From positions 9,052,001 through 9,116,000 of the forward strand of contig NC_058368.1 in the NCBI RefSeq assembly GCF_018350175.1: a DNA stretch of 64,000 bases, given 5' to 3'. Both the position numbers and the translations under genes were made by a program. The stretch is from Felis catus. Taxonomy: Eukaryota. Below are positions 13,486 through 25,606 of the stretch, one piece after another (position 1 is the stretch's first letter; each line of letters begins with the position of its first letter). Below the pieces are notes generated by a model. That model was not told the origin of the DNA. It saw only the letters and a program-made list of their open reading frames with translations, and ran no database searches.

Positions 13486-14017
13486 CGTAGGGGCCAAGGT
13501 CAGGCTGCCCCAAGATGGACTACTTTGTCATGAAGATTATTTGAAGTTAAAAAGCAATCAAAACCCAGTAGATTCAGGACCCTCCCCTACAGCTACCTAA
13601 AAAGAATTTAGAGGACTCACTCCAGGAAGAGAGCTATCTCCGCAGATAACGACTTTATACTATGAACTACATACAGTGAACAGGGAGGAATCCAGCAAGG
13701 CCTGTTTGACCAAAGTCCTCTTTGTCCCGTTGTTTCTTAGTGGCCCAGGAAACGTTTGTTGACCAAACATTTGCTCTTTTTCATCTCCCTGTGAATTGCG
13801 TTCCTTCCCTTTGAACCCCTCTAGCCCCTTCTCCTTGTTCAGGATGACGTAGATACCTCATTTTTCCTTGACTCTTTGGAATCCCCATGTCTGTGTGGAT
13901 TCCCTGTACATACAAAATTAAATTTTCTTTTCTCCTGTTAATCTGGCTCATGTCAATTTGATACTTGGTCCTATGAGAAGGACCTTGAAAGGGACAGGAA
14001 ATTCTTGCTCCCTGATG
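13486..14017 (+). mobile_element. Solo LTR of an older ERV1-class element (MER34-like carnivore LTR), about 532 bp, inserted in L2
   Basis: Decayed termini CGTAGGGG...CTCCCTGATG (TG...CA expected), 4-bp direct repeat GAAG on both sides, ATTAAA-containing 3' part, and L2-like sequence resuming after it. Confidence 0.6.
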
Positions 14018-14019
14018 GA

Positions 14020-14290
14020 AGAAAATAAAACTAGCTACGTGACTTGCAAATGAAGGGTGGGGAGTGTTTAGATGGCATCACCCCTGAGGAAGTGACATCT
14101 GAGTTGAGACCTGAGTGATGCAGTGGGGCCAGCCTTGCAAAGACCCCAGGAAGAATGTATTTGGCAAGAGGCACGACCTGTGCAAAGGCCCTGAGGTGGG
14201 AACAACTTGGGCATTTGAGGGAAAGAAAAGCAGGATGATTAGGGGGTAGTGAGTGGGCTAGGTTAACTCCTACAAGACTGTGTAGGAGGT
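14020..14290 (-). mobile_element. L2 fragment
   Basis: GAGGAAGTGACATCTGAGTTGAGACCTGA...TGCAAAGGCCCTGAGGTGGG, an L2-like motif. Confidence 0.55.
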
Positions 14291-14819
14291 GAGGGGAGGC
14301 AGATTTCGTCCTGATTTCTTCTCACTTTGGGACCAGGAATAGGACTAAATGCTGTGTGTCCCGGGCCCTGTCATGCCACGTAGTCAGGACCCCACATATG
14401 GGAGGCATTTGGTCCTTTCTTTCACAGACCTTAGAGCTGCGTTCTACTTGCCAGGCCTTCTGTCAACTATTCCGCATGCCTCACCGGGGCTCTTTTGTTG
14501 GAGAGAAATTAGTTCCTATTCCGAGGACACAACGAGAGAGCTACGGATTGAGGAGGCGATAGGTAGAAATTCTTCCAGATATTCAGGACAAATGGTCAGG
14601 AGACAAGGCAGAGCAGTTTCTAATAACTTCCTTCCCCTTGGTTCCCTGTTTCTAGAACCAACCTTGCATTTTACATAAATTAGATCATGAAAAGAAAGTC
14701 TTGGTGTGTCAATGATTGAAAAATAAAACCATCTGTAATGGCAATTAGGCTAGAAAGTGGAGGAATTCACGGGGTGGAGGGCACTGGTTGGCAGTTCTGT
14801 TTCCAATCCATCAGCCCTG

Positions 14820-14887
14820 AGCTTTGGGGGGGGTTCAGATAAAGGGGTGTGACCAGCTTTGGGGGGTTCAGATAAAGGGGTGCGACC
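14820..14887 (+). repeat. Tandem duplication of a 33-35 bp unit
   Basis: AGCTTTG(n)TTCAGATAAAGGGGTGYGACC x2. Confidence 0.9.
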
Positions 14888-15684
14888 AGTTTCCTTCCTC
14901 TGAGTAATAACCATAACAACGGGCACTTGCTGAGCACACACACTGTGAGCCAGGCACCTGGTGAGCCGTCTACCCAGAAAAGTAACAATTTGCACAACCA
15001 CCCGTTCTTTAGACGAAGCTGGGAGACGTTGAGGAATTTGCCCAGAATCACATAGCTGGTCAGTGGCAGGTCTAGGCTTCAAATCCAGACTGATTGTGGA
15101 GTCTAGGGACTTACCCACCGCCTGTAAGTTTAGGCTGTGCCCCATCCCTGTCTGTCAGACTCTCAGCCGCCCTCCCTGAGGAGCTGGCCTGCACATTCAG
15201 GACTGAGGGGCCATAGCACAGGGATGGTCTAGGATTGGCAGAGCCGGGCCAAATTCTCTTTATGATCCCGCAGGGGGGAGAGATGAGGAAATTGTGTGCT
15301 TTATGGACGGGCTTAGCCTGGCTTCTTGTTGACTGCACACCCAAGCACACGCAACCCTCTTTAGAAGCTCCTTTCTGGGTAGTTGCTGAGACATTAACTG
15401 CAGAGGGAAGAATTCCCCACACCCTTTGGTCTCAGATGATATGACCCTGAAGGCTGAGCGTTTGGTCCAAGGGGAGGCCCTGGGCCAGCCAGGTCCTCAC
15501 AGGTGCTTTTTCAGACCCGGTGGTGAAGTCGGCTTAACATAAGGGCACAAAATGCAACAGCATTTTGAAGGGGCATCTTCAGTGAAAGCAGTCCGCCCCC
15601 AGATGGTCCCGTAGGTTGGCTCTCCCTGTGAAAGTCTGCGCCCTTCAGAGGCTGGCACTACATGGCAGGCCCAGGGCCCTGAGG

Positions 15685-16151
15685 TATACAGTTGGTTCAA
15701 CTGTGCCCCCTCCAAAAGACATGCCCAAGTCCTAACTCCCAGAACCTGTGAGCGTGACTTATTTGGAGAGGCGTCTTTGCAGATGTAATTAGTTTTAGGA
15801 TCTTGAGATGAAATCACGTTGAATCTCAGGTGGGTCATAAATCCAATGACAGATGTCCTTAGACAAAAAAAGCAGAGGAAGGTTTGAGACACAGACGCAG
15901 GGGAGAAGGCCACATGATGACGGACCCAGAAACACAGTGGTGCCGCCATGAGCCAAGGAACACCTGGGGCCACCAGAAGCTGGAAGAAGAAAGCAAGGAT
16001 GGTCCTCCAGAGCCTTCCGAGCACGTGTTGGCCCTGCCGACCCCTTGATTTTGGACTCTTGGCCTCCAGAAGTGCGAGAGGAGAAATTTCTGTGGTTGTA
16101 AGCCACGAAGTTTGTGTTCGTTTGGGAAGACAGCCACGAGAAGCTAACACA
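15685..16151 (+). mobile_element. MLT1C/D-like LTR
   Basis: CCCTCCAAAAGACATGCCCAAGTCCTAAC, CTTTGCAGATGTAATTAG, GCCACCAGAAGCTGGAAG, end AAGCTAACACA. Confidence 0.8.
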
Positions 16152-16903
16152 GGCGACCGCCACTCCTGCTCTTGCGGCCTGATTCACTCGTTACACGCCA
16201 TCCTGTCCATCCCCAGAATGAGGGGTCACCTATTTACAGAGAAACACAATGGAGAAAGGGAGGTCACCGTCTGCCCAGTGCCTTCTCCCCGTGTGGGCAG
16301 AGCCCCAGGCCAGAATATCAAACGTTGGCTGCTCTCCATCTTTAGAAAGAAAAACCTCCCAGCTCAGGTCCAGCCCGGCTCTGGGGGCCACCTTGCCAGG
16401 CACTAACCCTCTCTCCCTCCTGAGGTCGCGTGGCCAGTATGGCTTCGCTAACCTCCTCTCTTCGTGCTGCCCTGAGGCCCACAGACTCACCCCGGGGGTT
16501 CTCACTGCCTTCCCCTGAACAAGGCATGAGCAGGACCCCACTTACTACCTTATGAGCGGAGGCCAGTTTTCCTCTCTGGGTCACCTTGCGTTTGGATGGT
16601 TCCAATTTCTTTAGTCATGTTTACCAATGGTTTCCACAATTGTGGAAAATCTCCTTTATTTCATCCAGTTTCACTTAAGGACAATTTGCATGTTCTCCAG
16701 AAGTAGGGGAGGCACTGTGTGGTTGGGACTCCACACTCATTGGCAAGATGGCTAATGGGGCTGTATTGGGGTCTACAACCATGGGACACAACTGGCCCTC
16801 CTGATGTGAGCTGGATAGCCATAAGCAAGGAGCCAAAGTGATGATCTTTAGTTGGTGCGTAACATATGGCAGAGTCTTTCTTGCTATTCTTTCCCACCCC
16901 CCT

Positions 16904-16925
16904 TGTATGTGTGTGAGTGTGTGTA

Positions 16926-16970
<45 letters not shown>
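16904..16970. repeat. Compound (TG)n(GA)n microsatellite
   Basis: Direct reading. Confidence 0.95.
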
Positions 16971-19189
16971 CCGAATGTGTGTGCATTGAGGTGGGAGTCA
17001 GTCACTGGCCACCAAAGTTCTTGTCTTGCTCTAACTATAAATAAAGGGAAAAGCTTTGAAAGTCTTACTCTTTTTCCTCTTTAGCTCTAACATCTTAAGA
17101 TTCAGTGGAATTTGTCCCAGGAGAATTTAAGGGAAGAAATAATGAGTTCACAGATGCTTTCAACCACTCAAGCTTACAGAGAACTCCAAATCCACAAGAA
17201 TTTCACAGTCTGCAATAACCCACCTTTTCAGGTAGAAGGTGCTGGCTATGAGGGACTCATTGTTCCTGTTTTCATGAACTTTGCCCTTGAGCGACCTTCC
17301 CAGAGGCAAGGCTGCCGCCCAGAGGATTTGCCTGGGATGGATGTGCTTTGCCACTGGCCCTGGGTTGGGGAAGAGGGGCCTTCCGTTTCTTCATTTTGTG
17401 GCCCTCCCATCCATTCCTGACTGCGCTCTTTGCAGATTTCCTTGACCATGATAAAGACAGACAGGAAAATTGAGGAAGAAATGGACGCTAGTGTGGAAGA
17501 GCAGGAATTAATATGCCGGGGCTCTCCGCAGCAGGCATATTCAACTCCACCGTGTTCATTCCTGGATTCACCCAACAGCTGTGTCTCAGACTCTCAAACA
17601 CTCTCACCTGAAGACGTTGTAGCCCCAGTGGGAGGGCTTTGTCCTAGTTTCCTACACGCATGGTTTGGGGAGTAGGAAAGGCGGGGGAATAGGGATTGAT
17701 CTTGCAAAATTAATTAGGCTCACCACTGGTCTTGCCAGCACTCAGCTCTATGCAGTGCGAAGGCCAGCCAGGTACTGACCCCACTGGGCACTTTACAGGA
17801 ATTTATGTGTAACTCTGGTTTCTGAGACAGACGAGGCAAAGGCCAGAGATGTAGCCTAAGAACATATGCATTTAGATCTCGTCCAAGAATAATACGGTCC
17901 AGCATGAATTAGTTTCCCTAGACTCATGTGTTCATTCATTCCATTTGAGAAGTGTGTTTTGTGAGCCTTCCTTGTACCAGGCTGGACACTTGTGGATTGA
18001 CTGATGAACAAAACTGACATGGATCCTATCCTCCCCCGGAGCGATTGGCTTTCCTTCCCTAATGCTGAGGAAATGCCCAGGCAGGAGAACGGGTCTGTCT
18101 CCTCCCTGCCCTGAGCGTGTGGTCACTGGGTTCACTGCCTCCCCCAGCTCCTATGCTCAACGCCCCATCTCCGCCTCTGGTCTGCACTCAGCCAACAGCT
18201 CCGTCGCCCTACAGGCCAATCAGGCTTCTGGCGCTGGACCCACGCTTGCTCTTCCAGGCGTATAGCGCCCTCTGTTGGAGGCCTGGACCCAGCACCCTAG
18301 CCTTGGGCCAAGACACCAGGCCGTATCTGTAGCCTTTTCCGCTCACGTGAACCCTGTTGTCCACCCGTCCACCCAACCACTGCTAAGTGCCAAGCCCTGT
18401 GGCAGGGGTTGAGGATATAAAAATGCACGATGTAAATTTTCAGTCTTCTTATAGATTTCAAGCTCAACTCCCTTCCCTTGAATGAGGGACCCAATTCCGA
18501 TAGGTGGATTGGGAGCATGGTATGTTATAGGTCCCATAATCTCTTTCAAAGGACCTGGGGCTGAGGGGTCCTCCTGTCAAGTGGACCCTTCATCATTGTC
18601 CTTTGCTTCCTAGAGGTGCCTAAATGAGCAGGTCTGTTCCCACTCTGACCCTGTGCTGCATGAGGAATAATGGACTGAATTCCTACGGGGAGAATAACTC
18701 CTGTCCCCATACCTATCTCCACCATCACCTGCAACTCTTCCCTCCCCCTTCCTAATTGGGAAGCCGCTAGCAAGGGGCACGACTGAAGAAGGGTAAGTCC
18801 CACTCGGAATCTTCTGCCATATTCCCTCCAGCCGACAACCATTGTTACTGGGCTTAAATGTTACTAGGCTCATCTCTGCCTTCAGGATGCGGGTCCCCCA
18901 CTGACACCTCCCACCATTTAAAGGCCAACCCACACACCTTGATTCTCAGCAATGACTGGTGAGGAACCTCATACTCCTTCTCTTGATCCTACAAGCCTCG
19001 TGAAAATGCAGGAGTTGTGTGCAAGGGGCCCTCCAGAGGCCAACGGGAGTTACCACATCCTTCCAGAATGAATAACCGGCCTCTTGTGAAGGCACGGGCC
19101 CTGAAAGTACAGAGAGTGCTCGCTGGCAGAAAGACCGAGCACGAACTTTTTTGTTTTTCCCTTCTAGCATTTCTGTGGGTTAACTCTTT

Positions 19190-19550
19190 ATTAACTTTTG
19201 TTTTAATAGAGCAGCTTTACTGAGCTACATAACTCATATAGGGTACAATTCGCCCATTTAAAGTGTACAACTCGGTGGTTTTTAGTATATTGCCAGAGTC
19301 TCCCAACCAGCATCACGATCAGCTGGAGAAGATTTTCCTCACCCCAGAAAGAAACCCCTCACCCATTAGCAGTCACTCCCCATTTCTCCCCGCACTCCCG
19401 CCCCCAGCCCCTGGCCACCGCTCATCGACTTTCTGTCTCTACCGATTTGCCTGTTCTAACAATTCACGGATCATGGAATGTATAAATGCATGCATGGAAC
19501 CATGGGACGTGGGGCCTTTTGCGTCTGGCGTCTTGCTCAAAACAAGCTTT
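19190..19550 (-). mobile_element. L1MB-like 3' end
   Basis: CCCATTTAAAGTGTACAACTCGGTGGTTTTTAGTATATT...CACCCCAGAAAGAAACCCC. Confidence 0.7.
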
Positions 19551-21294
19551 TATTAGGGTTTTATTTTATGTGTTCGTTAACTACAGTGATGCAGCTACCA
19601 TCCCTGCCAGGCTCTTCCTGGTCCTCTTGGAAAGGGTTTTCAGTGTTTGCCAGCAAACAAAACCTGTGTTATTTTTAAATTACACGTATCTGTTGGGTAG
19701 AGGTGCAAGTTGTGCCTGTTGGACAGGATGCTCTCACCGTCACCGCTGACGAACGAGCCGGGCATGGCGCTCGGCAGATAGATGTTTTGAACTCTCGGCT
19801 CCCTCCTTGCCTCGACAAGGCTTTATCAAACCAGGACCTCTCCTTATCACCAAACGGAAGTCATCGCCATCTTCAAACGAGCACTGATGGCCCACCACGT
19901 GCAAGACGACGCTCTGCTCCGGGCCGCCTCAGAAAGATGCCACCTAAAAGGGAAAGCTACTCAAAGTAACCAAAAAGTCATCTCCCCTCATCTTTGGCCC
20001 TGATCATACCCCTGCCTCAGCCTTGAGCCTCCATTCTCTAAAGAACCGAGTGGTTTCTCTGTGATTTGTGTTCCGAATTCCCCACCGAGGCCGATCTGGG
20101 ACCACCCGTCACAGCGACGCCGACTTTGAGTCCCGCTAGCCAAGCGCAGGCTCTGTCCTGGGAGCCAGGCTTTGGGTCTGAACGCTTGCAAGCCCGCGAG
20201 GCCCCCTCCTGCCAGTCCAGTTCCAGACCCCAGATGCAAATGTGCTCCCCCGGTCTCTCAGGCAGCTTTTGTTTGTGTGTGTTTTATGTCTGAGCCCATC
20301 CATCTGGCTCCCCTTCTGCCACCTCTTCTCCTATTTACAACCACCAGTCTCCATTTGTCTTCCAGCTCTTTCCGAACCAATTATGCTATAGACAGATTTA
20401 GTCGATTTCTAGGCCAGATGCTCAAATACATCCTCTTTTGCATTAAAAATAATCAAAGTAGGCTCCCAGCCAGCCGTAGGATTTACAGACCCTTAAAATT
20501 CTAGGAGAAATCCACAGAAACGTTTCTGATTCTGGCACCATCTCCAAATTCATTCATCCGGGGGGTGGGGGGGGGCGGGGGACAGGCATTGATTTCCTAC
20601 GAAGTGTGGAAAACAGCTTAAATGTCGGTCAGAGCGCCTGGCCTCTCACCCAGCCAGAAGACCTGGCCTAGACAAAGCAGAACAGTTCTTTCCTGGTACG
20701 ATATTCCTCGCCAGCTCTGTCACACACCTTCTGGGAAAGCTGAGCCACTGCGGAGGGGGTCGCTTCGCATTTGCCCACCTGATTCCTCAAGCCTGGGAAG
20801 CCGGGGCTTCCTTGTGAGCGCCAGTTCCCCGCTCTGTGGATTATTCGGGTGTGTTTGTACCGATTTCTCCATATTCTCGAGGTACGTTGTAAGCTTCCGT
20901 GTGTAAGCTAAGACCAACATCTCCGGCCTCACCTTGAAGCTCCAGGAAAGGGGTTGCCTGTGAAATGGGTATGGTGGCATTCCAAGCAGAAAAAGGTTCT
21001 GTCACCCTATCACCAGGGAAGGAAACCACTTCCTTAACTGGGCTCAGGGGAGTGCTTGCGGAACGGGTGTTCGTGTCCCTGGGGGAAACTTACAGATGCT
21101 CCAGAATCCCTTGCTCCGAGGAGAGCTGCCTACAGCTCTCACACTCACACAAATGCTCCCCCCACACCGGCCTGCTCCGCGTCGGCCTTGGGCGGTGAAG
21201 CGAGTCTCAAAATCCAACACGCAAAAGGACTCCAATCTACTCCCAGGGACCTCAATTAGGTGGATCTGAGGTGAGGCCCAGGAACCTGCATTTT

Positions 21295-21482
21295 GTTTTA
21301 TTATTATTATTATTTTTTAATTTATTTTTGAGAGAGAGACAGCACGAGCAGGGGAGGGGCAGAGAGAGAGAGGGGGAGAGAGAGAGAATCCTGATGTGGG
21401 ACTTGAACTCATGAACCAGGAGGTCATGACCTGAACTGAAATGGAGTCAGACACTTAACTGACTAAGCCACCCAGGTGCCCC
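21295..21482 (-). mobile_element. CanSINE inserted in a MER5-like fragment
   Basis: Imperfect TSD CCCAGGAA(C/T)CTG(C/T)ATTTT on both sides. Confidence 0.8.
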
Positions 21483-22074
21483 AGGAATCTGTATTTTAAA
21501 TGAGCGTCTAGGTGAATTTGGTGCAGGAGTCAGCAACCGGCAAAGGCATGACCTCCCTTTATGTCCCAGAATGCTGAGCTCCCAACACAGGTGCACTTCA
21601 TGCTTCCTCATAGGCCGCATGTAGAATGTTCCAGCTGCCGCCCAGGTGTGACAAATCCAGTCAGAGTCCGGGGTATTGGGGCCGAGGGAACCAGATAGAG
21701 CACTCTGTATGCAACATGCAGGCGGCCTGAAAAGCCCCTGTGCAAATCTGAAGGCAGCGAAAGGCAGTCTCACCCTGACCCAAGTCACCAGAGGAGCCAC
21801 TCGTCCACGGGTCTAAGGAAAAGAGAGGGATCGGATATCACCAGCGCCTGTCCCAGCGCTATAGATTACCCCTGAAGGTCAAGCCTTCTAACATAAAACT
21901 AGCTCTCTTGTATCAATTGTCAACATGACCATGAACTACGATATAGCTCATTTGGGTATACATATGATCCATTTGATATTACTTAATGAACATTTACTCT
22001 GCCCCAAGGTAGGGATCCTTCCTGTGGGAGGGAACAGCACTTGTGAAGACCCCGCATAAGACCGTGGTCTGGTC

Positions 22075-22250
22075 GCTGCCTCCTCAAAGTGTGGTCCACG
22101 GACTGGCAGCAGCAACGACACTGGGGAATGTGTTAGAAATACAGACTCTCAGGAACCCCTGCCCCCGCCCCAGACTCCCCGAAACAGAATCTGCATTTTA
22201 ACCAGATCTCCAGGTGACTTGTAAGTGCATTGAAAATTGAGAGGTACTGT
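22075..22250. mobile_element. MER5A-like hAT-Charlie DNA transposon
   Basis: CTCAAAGTGTGGTCC...TGTTAGAAAT...ATCTGCATTTTAAC...TTGAGAGGTACTG. Confidence 0.7.
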
Positions 22251-24127
22251 TCTGCCCCAATCAAACCCCTGCAAGCGAGGATTCACAGAGGCGCCAAAGA
22301 CTTAAATAACTTGCCCCTATCTCGCCATGAGTAACAGCCTTACGTTTTTTGTCTTAACAAATCAATGTGCCTCAGCCCGTGCCTTTTTTTTTTTTTCTCT
22401 TTTAAAGGCATGAGTGCAGGTTCCTAATAATAAATGGACTCCAAATAAGTGATTTCTGAAGGCAGAGCTGACCAGGCATCTCTGTGCTCCGATGGGAGAG
22501 GGGAGCTATTCCAATTGTGCTGACTCCCCCAGCAGGTCAGAAGGGATTGCCCACGTGTCCTGTTAACCCAGCCACCTTGACTCCTCAAGGGGAGGCTTTA
22601 AAGATGATAAGCACACTTCTCACACCTCTCACCCCTCATACTCAACCCGGGTCCATGTTAATAAAACGGCTTTAAGACCTGAGCTACTCACTGATCAACG
22701 TGAATACCTGGACCACACCAAGAGTCATGGCCAGCGTTTCCTAACGCAGTCTTGGGGCACAAGCATTTGGCTTCCCTCTGAGCTCCACCACTCGTGAGAG
22801 TATATTCGTCTCAGGTACGTCAGCCTTCGCCACACAGGCCTCTCTGCTCCGTAGCAAGAGCCACTTGAGAGCGGCCACCGTGTTTTCAGGCTTTGGCCAC
22901 GGTGGAGGAGTCAAAGGTGGAAGATGGTCCTGCCCCCACTGCCTGGACTTGGCTGAAGTGGGAACGAGGGCTCAGGGAGTTCAAGGGCAATTCGTGGGGC
23001 CTGTTCTCGGGACTGGAGTTCCTACACCGACCCGAGGGCCTCCTGCCACCTCCCTCACTGGCCCAACTGGAAGCAGCCTCTCCAGTTCTGTGTGCCTGGG
23101 TCTTTTTGTTCTCGGCTCCTTGCGTCCCCCAGAGTCACCGTGGGAGGAGGCCGTGACTCTTCTTGCCCTCTGTCCTCCCCCGTGCAGTAAGCCCATTGAC
23201 AGCAGGGACTAGACTTGGCTCATTTCCTCCCCCCGCTCCATGGCAGGAATCCAATGAAGCACAGTCTTAGAGATATATTTTCTAAATGGCCAAGTCTACC
23301 CCCTTGTTAAATGGATGTTCCCAGACCCCAGCCATAGAGCCACAGGGCCTGTGTTTGCTGAGACTGTGGGCGGGGCCTCATCCTCGAGGAGAGCCAGCGA
23401 CAACGTGGGCGCTCAGGGACCCAGCCGTGTGCACTGCTCCACACGTCTGCTTCTTCCCGCTGGAGTGTTGAAGGCTGGCATGGGATGAGCACCCAGGATG
23501 GAGCCATCCGCCGAGCGGTGACACGGTTCCGGTCTCCCAGACTTCTGGTCCAACATTTCATCCAGAATAAAGCAGGCATGAGTTTTCACCACCTCCTTGA
23601 GTAACAGTCAAATTAAGTGTGACCAATTAGTTGGAGTGCGAGTCACGAGCTGGCAGGGAGACGGCTTCCGTGTTGGCCTCAGAGCTGGTGCTATTGGGCC
23701 TTAACCATCTGTCCACACTGGTGGCATCTTCCTGACCTTCCAGCTGTCCTCCCAAAGAATACAGAACCCTATGGACTGGATTTCAGAGTTCCCCATGGCT
23801 TGGGCCAAATTCATAAGTTCTAAGAGATGCCGTCTGGGTTTCCTTTGGTGGCTGGACAAATCAATATTATAAGTTATTGCTAAGAGGTGACAGGGAGGAA
23901 GGAGGCTTGTCGACAAATCAGCATCAGTTGCAGAAATCGCTGCAAAGAAAAATTCTTCAGTCCTCTGTTTGCTCAGCTGCAAACTGGTGACAATGTGAAC
24001 TCTCTCGCAAGATTTTTTGAGGAACAAATGAGAAACCATAAATGAAATTGCTTTATGCATATTAGGTATTCGGTAAATGTTCTTAGGATCTGGACTCTTG
24101 CTATTCACTACTGACTAGAATGTGGAC

Positions 24128-24355
24128 GGGCCCCGAGGTGGCTCAGTTGGTTACGTGTCCGACTTCAGCTCAGGTCATGATCTCATGGTTCATGAGTTTG
24201 AGCTCTGTGCTGACAGCTCAGAGTCTGGAGCCTGCTTTGGATTGATTCTGTGTCTCCCACTCTCTCTGTGTCTCCCACTCTCTCTGTCCCTTCCCTGCTC
24301 ACGCTTGGTCTCTCTCTCTCTCTCTCAAAACTAAATGAACGTTAAAACAAATTTT
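24128..24355 (+). mobile_element. CanSINE
   Basis: TSD TAGAAT(G/A)TGGA and an internal TGTGTCTCCCACTCTCTC duplication. Confidence 0.85.
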
Positions 24356-24789
24356 AGAATATGGAAAATGGGAAACCCATTTTGAAGTCAATCCCCAAGA
24401 GTTGGTTTCCTAGAATGCTGCATGGGTACCATTTGAAGGCAATTTGGCCCAAAAGGCATTCATATTCTCGGAGGTGGAGTTCGGCTATATTTACAGGGGA
24501 TCATAATGCAAGACAGCTCCCAAGCTACCTCAGAGATACATCAGGACACTTGTGGAAACCCAAGGGGAACAATATGAATTCTCTCCTGCCAAGCTTTTTT
24601 TGAACACAGAACTCCCTTCATCGGTCTGACCCTCCCAACAGTGGGCTCACAGAAACACTAGAGGGCAGCCTGTTGACCACACACAGCTCTTAGGGCCTTT
24701 TTGGAAGATGTTGATGGGAGAGAGTTAGTCCTCTCCACAACCTTCCTAACCAGGTTGTAATTAAAAGAAGTCTCAAATCAAATTCTGTC

Positions 24790-25021
24790 ACATTCATTTA
24801 AGGAAACAAACAAACAAACACTTATTAATAAGAAAGCACAAAACAGGTGAACAGAAGGGAAGGGAAAGAAAATATAAAAACCGAGAGGCGACAAACTGTA
24901 AGAGACTCTGAATCCAGAGAACAAACTGAGGGTTGCTGGAGGGGTGTTCAGTGGGGGGTGGGCTAAATGGATGATGGGAATTAAGGAAGGCACTTGTTGG
25001 GATGAGCACTGGGTGTTGTAT
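24790..25021 (+). mobile_element. Carnivore L1 3' UTR fragment, left part (provirus target)
   Basis: GAGAACAAACTGAGGGTTGCTGGAGGG...GATGAGCACTGGGTGTTGTAT is typical L1_Carn/L1_Fc 3' end sequence and continues after the provirus. Confidence 0.75.
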
Positions 25022-25571
25022 TGTTAGGAGCCAAGCTCCTAGGCCCTATGGAATGAGAGTTGGCGCAAAGAACCACTCGGCACTCCGATTTCGGCAGAGA
25101 GTCTTTACTGGTGCACCAGGGCTCCCCAGTGTTAGAAAGCGGGAGAGCCCCGATATACGGGGTTACAGGTCTTTTATACCATTTTGAGTTACATTTGCAT
25201 ACAGGCTGGTGGTAGGCTCTCTGCTCGGTGGTGGTTAGGGTTGGGGGTAATTTCGTCCTGGGAAAGCTTGGGAAATGGAGTTTCTCTCGGCAGATGCAAC
25301 TTGGAGCCCGGGTGCGAAGCGGCAGGGGACCTCCGGTTTGGGAGCGTAAGCAGGTTTACAGAAGCGAGATGAAAGCGGTCATCGTTATTTATGTGACAAC
25401 CTGTTCCTGTCTTGCGTAGGGAAAGGTGGGGGTACAGCTCTCCCAGGGTACGGATGTCTAACTGCAGATATCCTGTTTGTCAACTGGTGGAAGTGCAAGC
25501 CCTGCAAGTGAGGCGTTACGGAACTGAAGATAGGGTGGGGGTGTGTTATTAAGCTAAGCAGGGGTCTTTCA
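25022..25571 (-). repeat. 3' LTR (550 bp)
   Basis: Copy of 33337-33886 with no mismatch found by eye, immediately preceded (minus strand) by the polypurine tract. Confidence 0.97.
25104..25109 (-). terminator. Variant poly(A) signal AGTAAA in R of the 3' LTR
   Basis: AGTAAA about 65 nt downstream of the TATA box. No AATAAA is seen in R/U5. Confidence 0.65.
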
Positions 25572-25588
25572 TTCCCCCATTTTCTTTT
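25572..25588 (-). other. Polypurine tract
   Basis: Minus strand AAAAGAAAATGGGGGAA directly abutting the TG of the 3' LTR. Confidence 0.9.
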
Positions 25589-25606
25589 GGCGTCGAATGA
25601 AACCTT

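Noticed and set aside
15497..16150. 217-aa ORF
   Set aside because: Lies almost entirely within an MLT1 LTR, so it is a repeat-derived spurious ORF.
17430..17675. Possible exon (TTTGCAG followed by an acidic open frame)
   Set aside because: No recognisable protein similarity, no clear donor site and no partner exons.
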